From assembly GCA_037440005.1 (NCBI GenBank), contig JBBIUY010000023.1, positions 1 to 45,394 of the forward strand: a DNA stretch of 45,394 bases, written 5' to 3'. The position numbers were made by a program, and so were the translations under genes. This document shows, in pieces, positions 38,127-45,394 of this stretch (its first letter is position 1; the number at the start of each line of letters is the position of its first letter). The notes below the pieces were generated by a model, which made no database searches, had not been told where the DNA came from, and was given only the letters and a program-made list of their open reading frames with translations. The DNA comes from Armatimonadota bacterium (lineage in GTDB: Bacteria; Sysuimicrobiota; Sysuimicrobiia; Sysuimicrobiales; Kaftiobacteriaceae).

Positions 38127-38316
38127 GCCGGTCCTCCCACGCGGGCGTGTGGGGGCCGGCGGCTCGCCGGCCCCCCGGTGAGTTCCACGCTGCGGGCCGG
38201 TGTCCCGCCGCAGGAGATGGAGGCCGGCGGGCGAAACACAGGGGGGCCGGGAGAGGCGGTATAGGGCAGGCACTCCACGGGAACGGCAGGTGGTGAGCGC
38301 ACGCTGAGGGAGGGGC

Positions 38317-39969
38317 ATGAAGGGCGTCGCAGCCGCACTCCTGGCGGCCGTGGCGATGGGTGCGCCGCCGGTGCCCGCCTCCGGCCAGACCGCCGGGGTG
38401 CAGGTGGTGGTCAACGGCGTGGAGGTGCCCCTCGCCGCGCCTGCCCTGATCCGCGACGGTCAGGTCCTGGCTCCCCCTGCGGGCCTGTTTGAGCCCCTGG
38501 GAGCGCTGGCGGCCTACGACGAGACCGACCGCACCGTCGTGGTCACCAACCGGCTGCAGACCACCGTCCGGCTGCGGGTGGGAGAGGCTGTAGCCACGGT
38601 CAACGGGGAGAGCCGGCCCCTGCCCGTCGCGCCGGTCCTGGTGGACGGCGTCCCCTACATCCCCGTGCAGGCGGTGGCCCAGATGCTGGGGGCCTGGACC
38701 GCGCTGGACGACGCCCGGGTCCTCCACATCGCCTCCCAGGTCACCGCCCTCACCCCGAAGGTGAGCGACGGCGCCCTGGAGGTGCAGGTGGACGCCACCG
38801 GCCCGGTGCAGGTGGAGACGGCGGTCCTGAGCAACCCCGACCGCCTGGTGGTCGACATCCGCAACGCCGCCCTGCGGGTGCCGCAGCGGGAGTACCCCGT
38901 CGGTGCGGCCGGCGTGGCCCGCATCCGCGTCGGCCAGTTCCAGATCAAGCCCTACGTCACCCGGGTGGTGTTCGACCTGCTGGAGCCGGTGGACATCCGG
39001 GTGGAGGCGGCGGCCGCCACCTACGCGGTCACCCTGCGGGTCAGCCCCAAAGCCGCCGCGGCGACTTCCGCGCCGTCGTCGGAGGAGGGGCCGGCCCGCG
39101 TCCTGGGCGTGGCGTTCGAGCCCGCCGGACAGGCGGGCCGGGTGGTGGTGCAGGTCACCGGGCCGGTGCAGTACCGGGTGCGGGAGTTCGTCTACCCGGA
39201 CCGCCTGGCGGTGGACATCGCCGACGCCGTTTTCGTGCCCGTCCGGCAGGAGATCGCCGTGGGCGGGCCGGCGGTGGCTCTGGTCCGGGCGGCTCAGTTC
39301 ACGGCGCGCCCGCCGGTCACCCGAGTGGTGGTCACCCTCAAGCGGCGGCTCAACTACCTCATCGCCCAGTCCGACGGCCGGTTGGTCATCGACTTAAGCG
39401 CGTCGGTGGCCGGGGGCCACGTGGTGGCCCTGGACGCCGGGCACGGCGGCAAGGACCCCGGCGCCATCGGGCCCACGGGCCTGCGGGAGGCCGACGTGGT
39501 GCTGGACATCGCCCGCCGGATCCGGGACCTGCTGGTGGCCGACGGGATCCGGGTGCTGATGATCCGCGACGCCGACGTGTTCGTGGACCTGGCCGACCGC
39601 ACCCGGGTGGCCCGGGAGGGCGGCGCCACCATCTTCGTCAGCATCCACGCCAACGCCAGCCCCCGGGCGGCGGTCAACGGGATGGAGACCTACTACCTGA
39701 CGCCCCAGAGCCTGGTCCTGGCCCAGATGATCCAGGAGGAACTGTCGGCGGCCCTGGACCTGCCCAGCCGGGGCGTGAAGACGGCGGGGTTTGTGGTGCT
39801 GCGGGACAGCGGAGTCCCCTCGGCGCTGGTGGAGACGGCGTTCATCTCCCACCCCGACGATGAGGCCCGCCTGCGGGATGAGGGATTCCGCCAGCGCATC
39901 GCCGCGGCGGTGCACCGCGGCATCGTGCGGTTTCTGGCCGTCTACCCCGCTCCCCAGGCGGCGCCCTGA
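38317..39969 (+). CDS. N-acetylmuramoyl-L-alanine amidase (Amidase_3) with N-terminal copper-amine-oxidase-like and AMIN domains
   Basis: Signal peptide; NPDRLVVDI and YPDRLAVDI AMIN repeats; LDAGHGGKDPGA, FVSIHAN, LVETAFIS. Confidence 0.9.
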   Translation: MKGVAAALLAAVAMGAPPVPASGQTAGVQVVVNGVEVPLAAPALIRDGQVLAPPAGLFEPLGALAAYDETDRTVVVTNRLQTTVRLRVGEAVATVNGESRPLPVAPVLVDGVPYIPVQAVAQMLGAWTALDDARVLHIASQVTALTPKVSDGALEVQVDATGPVQVETAVLSNPDRLVVDIRNAALRVPQREYPVGAAGVARIRVGQFQIKPYVTRVVFDLLEPVDIRVEAAAATYAVTLRVSPKAAAATSAPSSEEGPARVLGVAFEPAGQAGRVVVQVTGPVQYRVREFVYPDRLAVDIADAVFVPVRQEIAVGGPAVALVRAAQFTARPPVTRVVVTLKRRLNYLIAQSDGRLVIDLSASVAGGHVVALDAGHGGKDPGAIGPTGLREADVVLDIARRIRDLLVADGIRVLMIRDADVFVDLADRTRVAREGGATIFVSIHANASPRAAVNGMETYYLTPQSLVLAQMIQEELSAALDLPSRGVKTAGFVVLRDSGVPSALVETAFISHPDDEARLRDEGFRQRIAAAVHRGIVRFLAVYPAPQAAP

Positions 39970-39980
39970 GACCGCGGTCC

Positions 39981-40739
39981 ATGCGGCTGACGGTGCTGGG
40001 GAAGTGGTCGCCCTATCCGCCGGCGGGCGGGGCGTGCCCCGGCTACCTGGTGGACGCCGGCGGCGTGCGCATCCTGCTGGACTGCGGGTCGGGGGTGGTG
40101 GCCAGCCTCCACCGGGTGTGCACCGCCTTTGACCTGCAGGCCGTGGTCCTCACCCACCTGCATCCCGACCACGTCACCGACATCTACGTCCTGCGCAACG
40201 AGCTGGCCTACGGCCGCCGGGCCGGGCCGGCGGCATCGCCGCTTCTCCTGTTCGCTCCGGCCGGGGCCGACGAGGCGCTGGCGGCGTGGCTGCCCCGCCC
40301 CCAGTCCCGCCGGGAGTTCGCCTCGGGGTTTACCTTGCGGGCCCTGGAGGAGGGCGGCGGCGAGGTGGGCGGGGTGCGGTTGCGCTTTGCCCCCACCGCT
40401 CACCCCGTGCCGTGCCACGCGGTGGAGGTGGCCGCCGGCGGCCGGCGGCTGGTGTACACCGCCGACACCGGCCCGAGCCCGGAGGTGGAAGCCCTGGCGC
40501 GGGGATGCGACCTGCTGCTGTGCGAGGCGACGCTCCAGGAGGCTGACGAGCCGCTGGCCGTCTCCCTCGGACACCTGACCGGTTCCCTGGCCGGATCCCT
40601 GGCGGCCCGGGCGGGCGTCCGCCGGCTGCTGCTGACCCACCTCCACCCGGAGGGCGACGTCCAGGAGACCCAGGCGGCGGCAGCGAAGGAGTTCGCGGGC
40701 GCCGAGGTTGTCCAGGAAGGCTCCACCTACGAGGTGTGA
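39981..40739 (+). CDS. MBL-fold metallo-hydrolase (RNase Z/BN-like)
   Basis: LLDCGSG, THLHPDH, YTADTG, LLCEAT, LLLTH; upstream of rph. Confidence 0.85.
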   Translation: MRLTVLGKWSPYPPAGGACPGYLVDAGGVRILLDCGSGVVASLHRVCTAFDLQAVVLTHLHPDHVTDIYVLRNELAYGRRAGPAASPLLLFAPAGADEALAAWLPRPQSRREFASGFTLRALEEGGGEVGGVRLRFAPTAHPVPCHAVEVAAGGRRLVYTADTGPSPEVEALARGCDLLLCEATLQEADEPLAVSLGHLTGSLAGSLAARAGVRRLLLTHLHPEGDVQETQAAAAKEFAGAEVVQEGSTYEV

Positions 40740-40745
40740 GGTCCC

Positions 40746-41480
40746 ATGCCTCGTCCCGACGGGCGGGGACCGGAGGACCTGCGGCCGGTCCGGATCACCC
40801 GCCATTACCTGAAGTATGCCGAAGGCTCGGCCCTCATCGAGGTGGGGGACACCCGGGTGGTGTGTTCCGCCAGCGTGGACGAGCGCGTGCCCCAGTGGCT
40901 GCGCGGGTCCGGGCAGGGGTGGATCACCGCCGAGTACGGCATGCTCCCGCGGGCCACCCAGGAGCGCAGCCCCCGGGACGTGGTGCGGCCCGGCGGGCGG
41001 GTGGTGGAGATCCAGAGGCTGGTGGGCCGGTCCCTGCGCGCCGCCGTGGACCTGGACCGGCTGGGGGAGCGGACCATCTGGATCGACTGCGACGTCATCC
41101 AGGCCGACGGCGGGACCCGCACCGCGGCCATCACCGGGGCCTTCGTGGCCCTGGCCGACGCCCTGCACGTCCTGCGCCAGACCGGCGCCCTGACGGTGTG
41201 GCCCGTGCGGGAAGTCCTGGCGGCCACCAGCGTCGGCATCGTGGACGGCCAGCCGGTGCTGGACCTGACGTTTGCCGAAGACTCCCGGGCCCGGGTGGAC
41301 ATGAACGTGGTGATGACCGAGTCGGGGCGCTTCGTGGAGGTCCAGGGAACCGCCGAGGGGCAGCCCTTCACCCGGGACGAACTGCTGCAGCTGCTCGCCC
41401 TGGCCGAACGGGGCATCCGCCGGCTGATCGCCGTCCAGAAAGAGGTCCTGGCCGACGTCCTGGGCGCCCCGCGCCGGTGA
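40746..41480 (+). CDS. rph: Ribonuclease PH
   Basis: [58 protein letters not shown]. Confidence 0.97.
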   Translation: MPRPDGRGPEDLRPVRITRHYLKYAEGSALIEVGDTRVVCSASVDERVPQWLRGSGQGWITAEYGMLPRATQERSPRDVVRPGGRVVEIQRLVGRSLRAAVDLDRLGERTIWIDCDVIQADGGTRTAAITGAFVALADALHVLRQTGALTVWPVREVLAATSVGIVDGQPVLDLTFAEDSRARVDMNVVMTESGRFVEVQGTAEGQPFTRDELLQLLALAERGIRRLIAVQKEVLADVLGAPRR

Positions 41481-41499
41481 AGCGTCCGGGAGCGCCGCC

Positions 41500-42201
41500 G
41501 TGGTGAGACGCTCCCGTCCCTCCCGCCGGCGCCGGACCCGGTCCCCGATGCGGGCGGACGCGTTCCCCGGTCGGGGCGGCCTGCTGGACGTGGTGCTGGC
41601 CACCCGCAACCCCGGCAAGGTCCGCGAGCTGCTCGCCCTGCTGCGCGACCTTCCCCTCCGGGTGTACGACCTGACCGCCTTCCCCCGGGTGCCCGAGCTG
41701 GCGGAAGAAGGGCAGACCTACACCGAAAACGCCATCAGCAAGGCCCTGCAGGTGGCCCGGCTGACCGGGCGGGTGGCGTTGGCCGACGACTCGGGAATCG
41801 AGATCGACGGGCTGGGGGGCGGGCCGGGGCCCCAGTCCCGCCGCTTTTTGGGACCGCAGGCGTCCGACGCGGCCCGCAACGCCCGCATCCTCAAGCTGCT
41901 GCAGGACGCACCGCCCCAGGCCCGGAGGGCGCGCTATCGGGCCGTGGTCGCCATCGCGACACCCCAGGGGGTGGTGCGGACCTTCGAGGGGGTGTGCGAG
42001 GGGGAGATCGCCCCCGCCCCCCGGGGCTCCCACGGCTTCGGCTACGACCCCATCTTCTTCGTGCCCGCCTATGGCAAGACCATGGCCCAGCTGCCGCCGG
42101 CGGTCAAGAACAAGATCAGTCACCGGGCGCGGGCCATCGCGGCGGCGCGGCCGTTTCTGCGGCTGCTGGCCACCGGCCGCACCTCCCCGCCCGAGCCCTG
42201 A
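41500..42201 (+). CDS. rdgB: XTP/dITP diphosphatase (start uncertain)
   Basis: LATRNPGKVRE, ENAISKA, ADDSG, GFGYDPIF, KNKISHR. Confidence 0.94.
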   Translation: MVRRSRPSRRRRTRSPMRADAFPGRGGLLDVVLATRNPGKVRELLALLRDLPLRVYDLTAFPRVPELAEEGQTYTENAISKALQVARLTGRVALADDSGIEIDGLGGGPGPQSRRFLGPQASDAARNARILKLLQDAPPQARRARYRAVVAIATPQGVVRTFEGVCEGEIAPAPRGSHGFGYDPIFFVPAYGKTMAQLPPAVKNKISHRARAIAAARPFLRLLATGRTSPPEP

Positions 42202-42243
42202 CCTGCGCCGCTTCCGCCGCCGCGCCCACGCGGCGTCCGTGCG

Positions 42244-44964
42244 CTACAGCTTCTTTTCCAGCAGCTGGCGGTGGGCCAGCATCTGCGCCCACGGGTCCCG
42301 CCGCCGGCGCATCCGCCGGGGCACGGTGGCCAGGGTGAACTCCAGGGGGTCGACGCCCCGTTCGAGTTCCCGCCAGGTCAGGGGGAACGAGACCGTGGCC
42401 GCGGGGGTGGGGCGCAGGCTGTAGGCGCTGGCCAGGGTGGCGCCCAGCCGGTTCTGGTTGTAGTCCACGAACACCTTGCCCACCCGCCGCTCGACGGCCC
42501 AGGCGGTGGTGAACCGGTCGGGGTGCAGCGCCTCCAGGTACTCGGCCACGGTCCGGGCGAAGGCGTGGGTCTGCTCGAAGGTGTAGCGCCGGGCCACCGG
42601 TACGAAGACGTGCAGGCCGGTCTTGCCCGACGTCTTGACGAACGCCACCAGACCCAGGGACGCCAGCACGTCCCGCAGGACCAGCGCCGCCTCCCGGGCC
42701 GCCTCAAATCCCGGGCGGGAGTATTCGGGATCCCTCTCGCCGCCGGTCGGCGGGGGCAGCTGGCCGCCGGGGACCAGGTAGGGGTCGAGGTCGAAGACCA
42801 CGTAATCGGGACGGCCCAGCACGCTGGCCCGCAGCGCCTGCTCTCCGGAGGCGAAGTCCGACCCCGCCGGCGGCCCCTCGCCGTGGCGCAGGGGCGTGAT
42901 GCGGCTGAACCACGGGTGCATCTCGATGCAGGCCAGCTGGGCCAGCCACAGCAGCGTCTGCGGCGAGGTGCAGACCGGGGCCTGAAGGGTCCGCCGCTCG
43001 GTGTCGGTCCAGACGGCCACCCGCCGGACGAACGGGGGCGCGTCGGGCACGTCCTTCTGGTAAAAACTCGCGCCGGCGATCCCGTCGGGGAAGCGCCGCA
43101 GGGTCAACGGCCGGTCGCGGAGGTGGGGCAGAATCCAGGGGGCCATCGCCCGATAATACGCGACGAAGTCGCCTTTGGTGTACCCCCGCTCCGGCCAGAA
43201 CACCTTGTCCAGGTTGGTGAGGGTCAGGTCCGCAGGTGCGGTCGCCTCCGAGGCCGGTGACGGAGTGGTCCGGGAGGGACGGACGGCGGGAGCCGTCGCC
43301 CGGGGCGGCCCGTCGGGTGCGGGCCGTTCCACCCCCACTTCCTGCGCCGTCTTGTCCTCCCGCAGGCCGACAAACACCGGCATGCGCAGCAGGCCGTCCC
43401 GCGTCCAGCCAGCGTACTCGACCTCCACCACCAGTTCCGGGCGGACCCAGGTCACCGGGGCATGGGCCGGCGGACGGGGCTCAAAGGGGCAGTCGGCCTG
43501 GGTCCGGGCGCGCAGCAGGGAGGTCAGGCGCGCCAGCTGGCTGTCGGTGAACCCGCTGCCGCAGTGCCCCAGGTAGCGCAGCCGGCCGTCCTCGTAGGCG
43601 CCCAGCAATAGGGCGCCGAAGGTGCGGGCGCGAGCCCCGCGCCCGCGGGTGAAGCCGCCGACCACGGCCTCCAGCCGGCGGACCACCTTGATCTTCACCC
43701 ACGCCGCCGACCGCTCGCCCGGGCGGTAGGGGGAGTCGGCCCGCTTGGCCATGATGCCCTCCACGCCCAGCCGCTGGGCCGCCCGGTAGAAGGCCACCCC
43801 GCGCCCGACCACCGCCTCCGACAGGCGCAGCACGGGACCGGGCCGCACCAGCGCCTCCAGCACCCGCCGCCGCTGGGCCAGCGGCCGGTCGGCGATGAGG
43901 TGGCCGTTGACGAAGATGACGTCGAAGGCGTAGTAGGCCACGGGGACCGACGCGGCCTGCGGATCGCCGTGGAGCCTGGGCTGCAGGAGCGCAAAGCGCG
44001 GGCGGCCGCGGGCGTCCAGGGCCACCAGCTCGCCGTCCAGCACCACGTCCGGCCAGGGCTGGGCGTGCAGCGCGTTCGTCACCTCCGGGAAGCGAGCGTT
44101 GAGGACGACTCCCCCCCGGCTGCGCAGGACCACCTCCCGGCGGGATCCCTGGGTGCGCACCGTCGCCAGGGCGCGCACTCCGTCCCACTTGATCTCGAAC
44201 AGCCAGCGGGGGTCGTCGAAGGGAGCCCGGGCGGCGGTGGCCAGCATGGGCCGGACGGCCGGCGGGGGATCGGATCCCGGACGGCCCAGGCCCAGGCGCC
44301 GGAGGACCGAGAGAAGCCGGCGGGGTGCCGCCGGCCGGGCCTGCGGGACGCCAGACGCCGGCTTGGCGCGGGCGTCCGACCGCGCCGATGACCACCGCGC
44401 CCGCGAGTCGGCCCGGATCTGCTCGATGGTCCGTCCGCTCACCACCGACGTCGCGGGCTCGGGCGGTTGCCATCCGGAGGCGGCGTGGGCGTCGGGGGCC
44501 TTCATCATCAGCCACTGGGTCTGACCGCCCATGCGGGTGCGGACCAGGTGGAACTCACCCCGCAGCCTGCGCCCGCGCAGCAGCAGGGTGAGCTTGCCTT
44601 GCCGGTACGCCTCCTCGGGATCCCCTTCCCGCACCCGGTAGGTCCCCAGGTCCCAGACCAGCACGGGGCCGGCGCCGTAGTGGCCGTCGGGGATCACGCC
44701 CTCGAACGTCAGGTACTCCACCGGGTGGTCTTCCACGGGGACGGCCAGCCGCCGGTGGGCCGGATCGAGGGAGGGCCCCTTGGGCAGGGCCCACGACTTG
44801 AGCACCCCGCCCATCTCCAGGCGGAAGTCCCAGTGGCGCCGGGTGGCGTGGTGCTCCTGGACCACAAAACGCAGCAGTCCCCCCGTCCGCCGGGAGCGGG
44901 GGCGGCCCGCCGGCTCGGGGGTGTGCGGGAAGCGGCGCTTGCGGCGGTACTCGTCCAGGCTCAC
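42244..44964 (-). CDS. ligD: NHEJ DNA ligase D (phosphoesterase-ligase-polymerase)
   Basis: YRRKR..TPEP, FVVQEHHATRRHWDFRLE; FEIKWDGVR, EGIMAKR; LTNLDKVFWP, VFDLDP, KTSGKTGLH, VDYNQN. Confidence 0.93.
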   Translation of the reverse strand: MSLDEYRRKRRFPHTPEPAGRPRSRRTGGLLRFVVQEHHATRRHWDFRLEMGGVLKSWALPKGPSLDPAHRRLAVPVEDHPVEYLTFEGVIPDGHYGAGPVLVWDLGTYRVREGDPEEAYRQGKLTLLLRGRRLRGEFHLVRTRMGGQTQWLMMKAPDAHAASGWQPPEPATSVVSGRTIEQIRADSRARWSSARSDARAKPASGVPQARPAAPRRLLSVLRRLGLGRPGSDPPPAVRPMLATAARAPFDDPRWLFEIKWDGVRALATVRTQGSRREVVLRSRGGVVLNARFPEVTNALHAQPWPDVVLDGELVALDARGRPRFALLQPRLHGDPQAASVPVAYYAFDVIFVNGHLIADRPLAQRRRVLEALVRPGPVLRLSEAVVGRGVAFYRAAQRLGVEGIMAKRADSPYRPGERSAAWVKIKVVRRLEAVVGGFTRGRGARARTFGALLLGAYEDGRLRYLGHCGSGFTDSQLARLTSLLRARTQADCPFEPRPPAHAPVTWVRPELVVEVEYAGWTRDGLLRMPVFVGLREDKTAQEVGVERPAPDGPPRATAPAVRPSRTTPSPASEATAPADLTLTNLDKVFWPERGYTKGDFVAYYRAMAPWILPHLRDRPLTLRRFPDGIAGASFYQKDVPDAPPFVRRVAVWTDTERRTLQAPVCTSPQTLLWLAQLACIEMHPWFSRITPLRHGEGPPAGSDFASGEQALRASVLGRPDYVVFDLDPYLVPGGQLPPPTGGERDPEYSRPGFEAAREAALVLRDVLASLGLVAFVKTSGKTGLHVFVPVARRYTFEQTHAFARTVAEYLEALHPDRFTTAWAVERRVGKVFVDYNQNRLGATLASAYSLRPTPAATVSFPLTWRELERGVDPLEFTLATVPRRMRRRRDPWAQMLAHRQLLEKKL

Positions 44965-45045
44965 GGGGGTGGGAGATCGCTCGCTTCGATACACACCGGG
45001 CCAGTCTTACTCTAGCATCCCCGCCCGGCCGCAGGCCGCCCCCAC

Positions 45046-45116
45046 ACGACATTTGGGGTCAGACCCTCAACGTTGTCTCGGAGGGGTCAGACTCCCGCGG
45101 ACGACATTCGGGGTCA
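45046..45116. repeat. REP-like array of GGGGTCAGAC(C/T)C palindromes, third copy interrupted by an IS
   Basis: Copies start at 45055, 45083 and 45110 (27-28 bp period); ACGACATTYGGGGTCA at 45046 and 45101. Confidence 0.75.
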
Positions 45117-45158
45117 TCTCTGCAAGCGCGGCGCCTGTCAACCCCCCGGTGACCGGTA

Positions 45159-45290
45159 CCCGGGATCTTGAGCCGTTCTCGTCGGAGTCATCTCTTCGCC
45201 CTCGGCGGAGCATGAAGATGTCCCGGGAGCGTGTCGCACTCAGACCCACGAGCCTGCAGCGGCTCACACCCCAATCGCGCTCACGCTCCC
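45159..45290 (-). ncRNA. Candidate bridge/seek RNA of the IS110 element
   Basis: Stem GGGAGCGTG/CACGCTCCC enclosing an internal loop with TTGGGGT and GGGTCTGA (match the target repeat); second domain carries AGAGATGA (matches the element end). Confidence 0.65.
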
Positions 45291-45394
45291 ATCGACGGGT
45301 CCGGCTCGCGGTAGGGCTCCCGCTTGGTCAGCACCCAGGACGTGGCCTCCGCCAGGTGCCGGGCCACCGCCCCGATGGCTTTGTGGTGGCCTCG
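45281..45394 (-). CDS. IS110-family transposase/recombinase, C-terminal 37 aa only
   Basis: Manual translation [37 protein letters not shown], like the IS110 C-terminal KAIxAVARxL...L...EPY pattern; absent from the ORF track. Confidence 0.75.
   Translation of the reverse strand, partial: RGHHKAIGAVARHLAEATSWVLTKREPYREPDPSMGA

Larger units (their letters stand above)
45115..45394 (-). mobile_element. Right end of an IS110-family insertion sequence (runs off the window)
   Basis: Recombinase C-terminus, ~165-nt structured 3' non-coding end, outward TTGACA at 45136-45141, junction in the middle of a repeat palindrome. Confidence 0.75.

Noticed and set aside
38317..42201. Novel system in the amidase-MBL-rph-rdgB cluster
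   Set aside because: Matches a common conserved housekeeping neighbourhood.
45046..45116. CRISPR array
   Set aside because: Units are about 12 bp with a 27-28 bp period, too short for repeat-spacer structure, and there are no cas genes in the window.
45067..45267. 66-aa ORF on the - strand in the ORF track
   Set aside because: No RBS or recognisable motif; it spans the structured IS end and the insertion junction.
45060..45280. 6S RNA or a riboswitch upstream of ligD
   Set aside because: No single long rod with a central bubble. The structure and repeats are better explained by an IS110 3' end and its target repeats.

Overview
Very GC-rich (roughly 70%+ by eye) bacterial chromosomal window, mostly housekeeping and metabolic genes. 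The gene style suggests a thermophilic Terrabacteria lineage such as Armatimonadota, but this is inference only. In order: 3' part of glutamate dehydrogenase; a livKHMGF-type ABC transporter; a DUF2231-like protein with an OmpR/PhoR-type two-component pair; a long + strand run (divergent PEP-carboxykinase/HPr-kinase-like P-loop protein, tdh, kbl, moeA, moaC, mog/moaB, thioesterase, smpB, membrane protein, tmRNA); GntR + aldo/keto reductase; a 7Fe ferredoxin with a long insertion; a GT4 + helical glycosidase-like + GH130 trio; qor; an IclR-RraA-KdgK-ABC catabolic operon; zur-znuACB with a Zur/Fur box; dienelactone hydrolase; an LLM oxidoreductase; amidase-MBL-rph-rdgB; and ligD. The most striking signal is in the last ~350 bp, which the ORF track misses. 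It holds the C-terminus of an IS110-family recombinase (- strand), followed by a structured 3' non-coding RNA whose internal loops match both the flanking GGGGTCAGACCC palindromic repeat (target) and the element's own end (donor). This is a candidate bridge/seek RNA system inserted into a small REP-like array.
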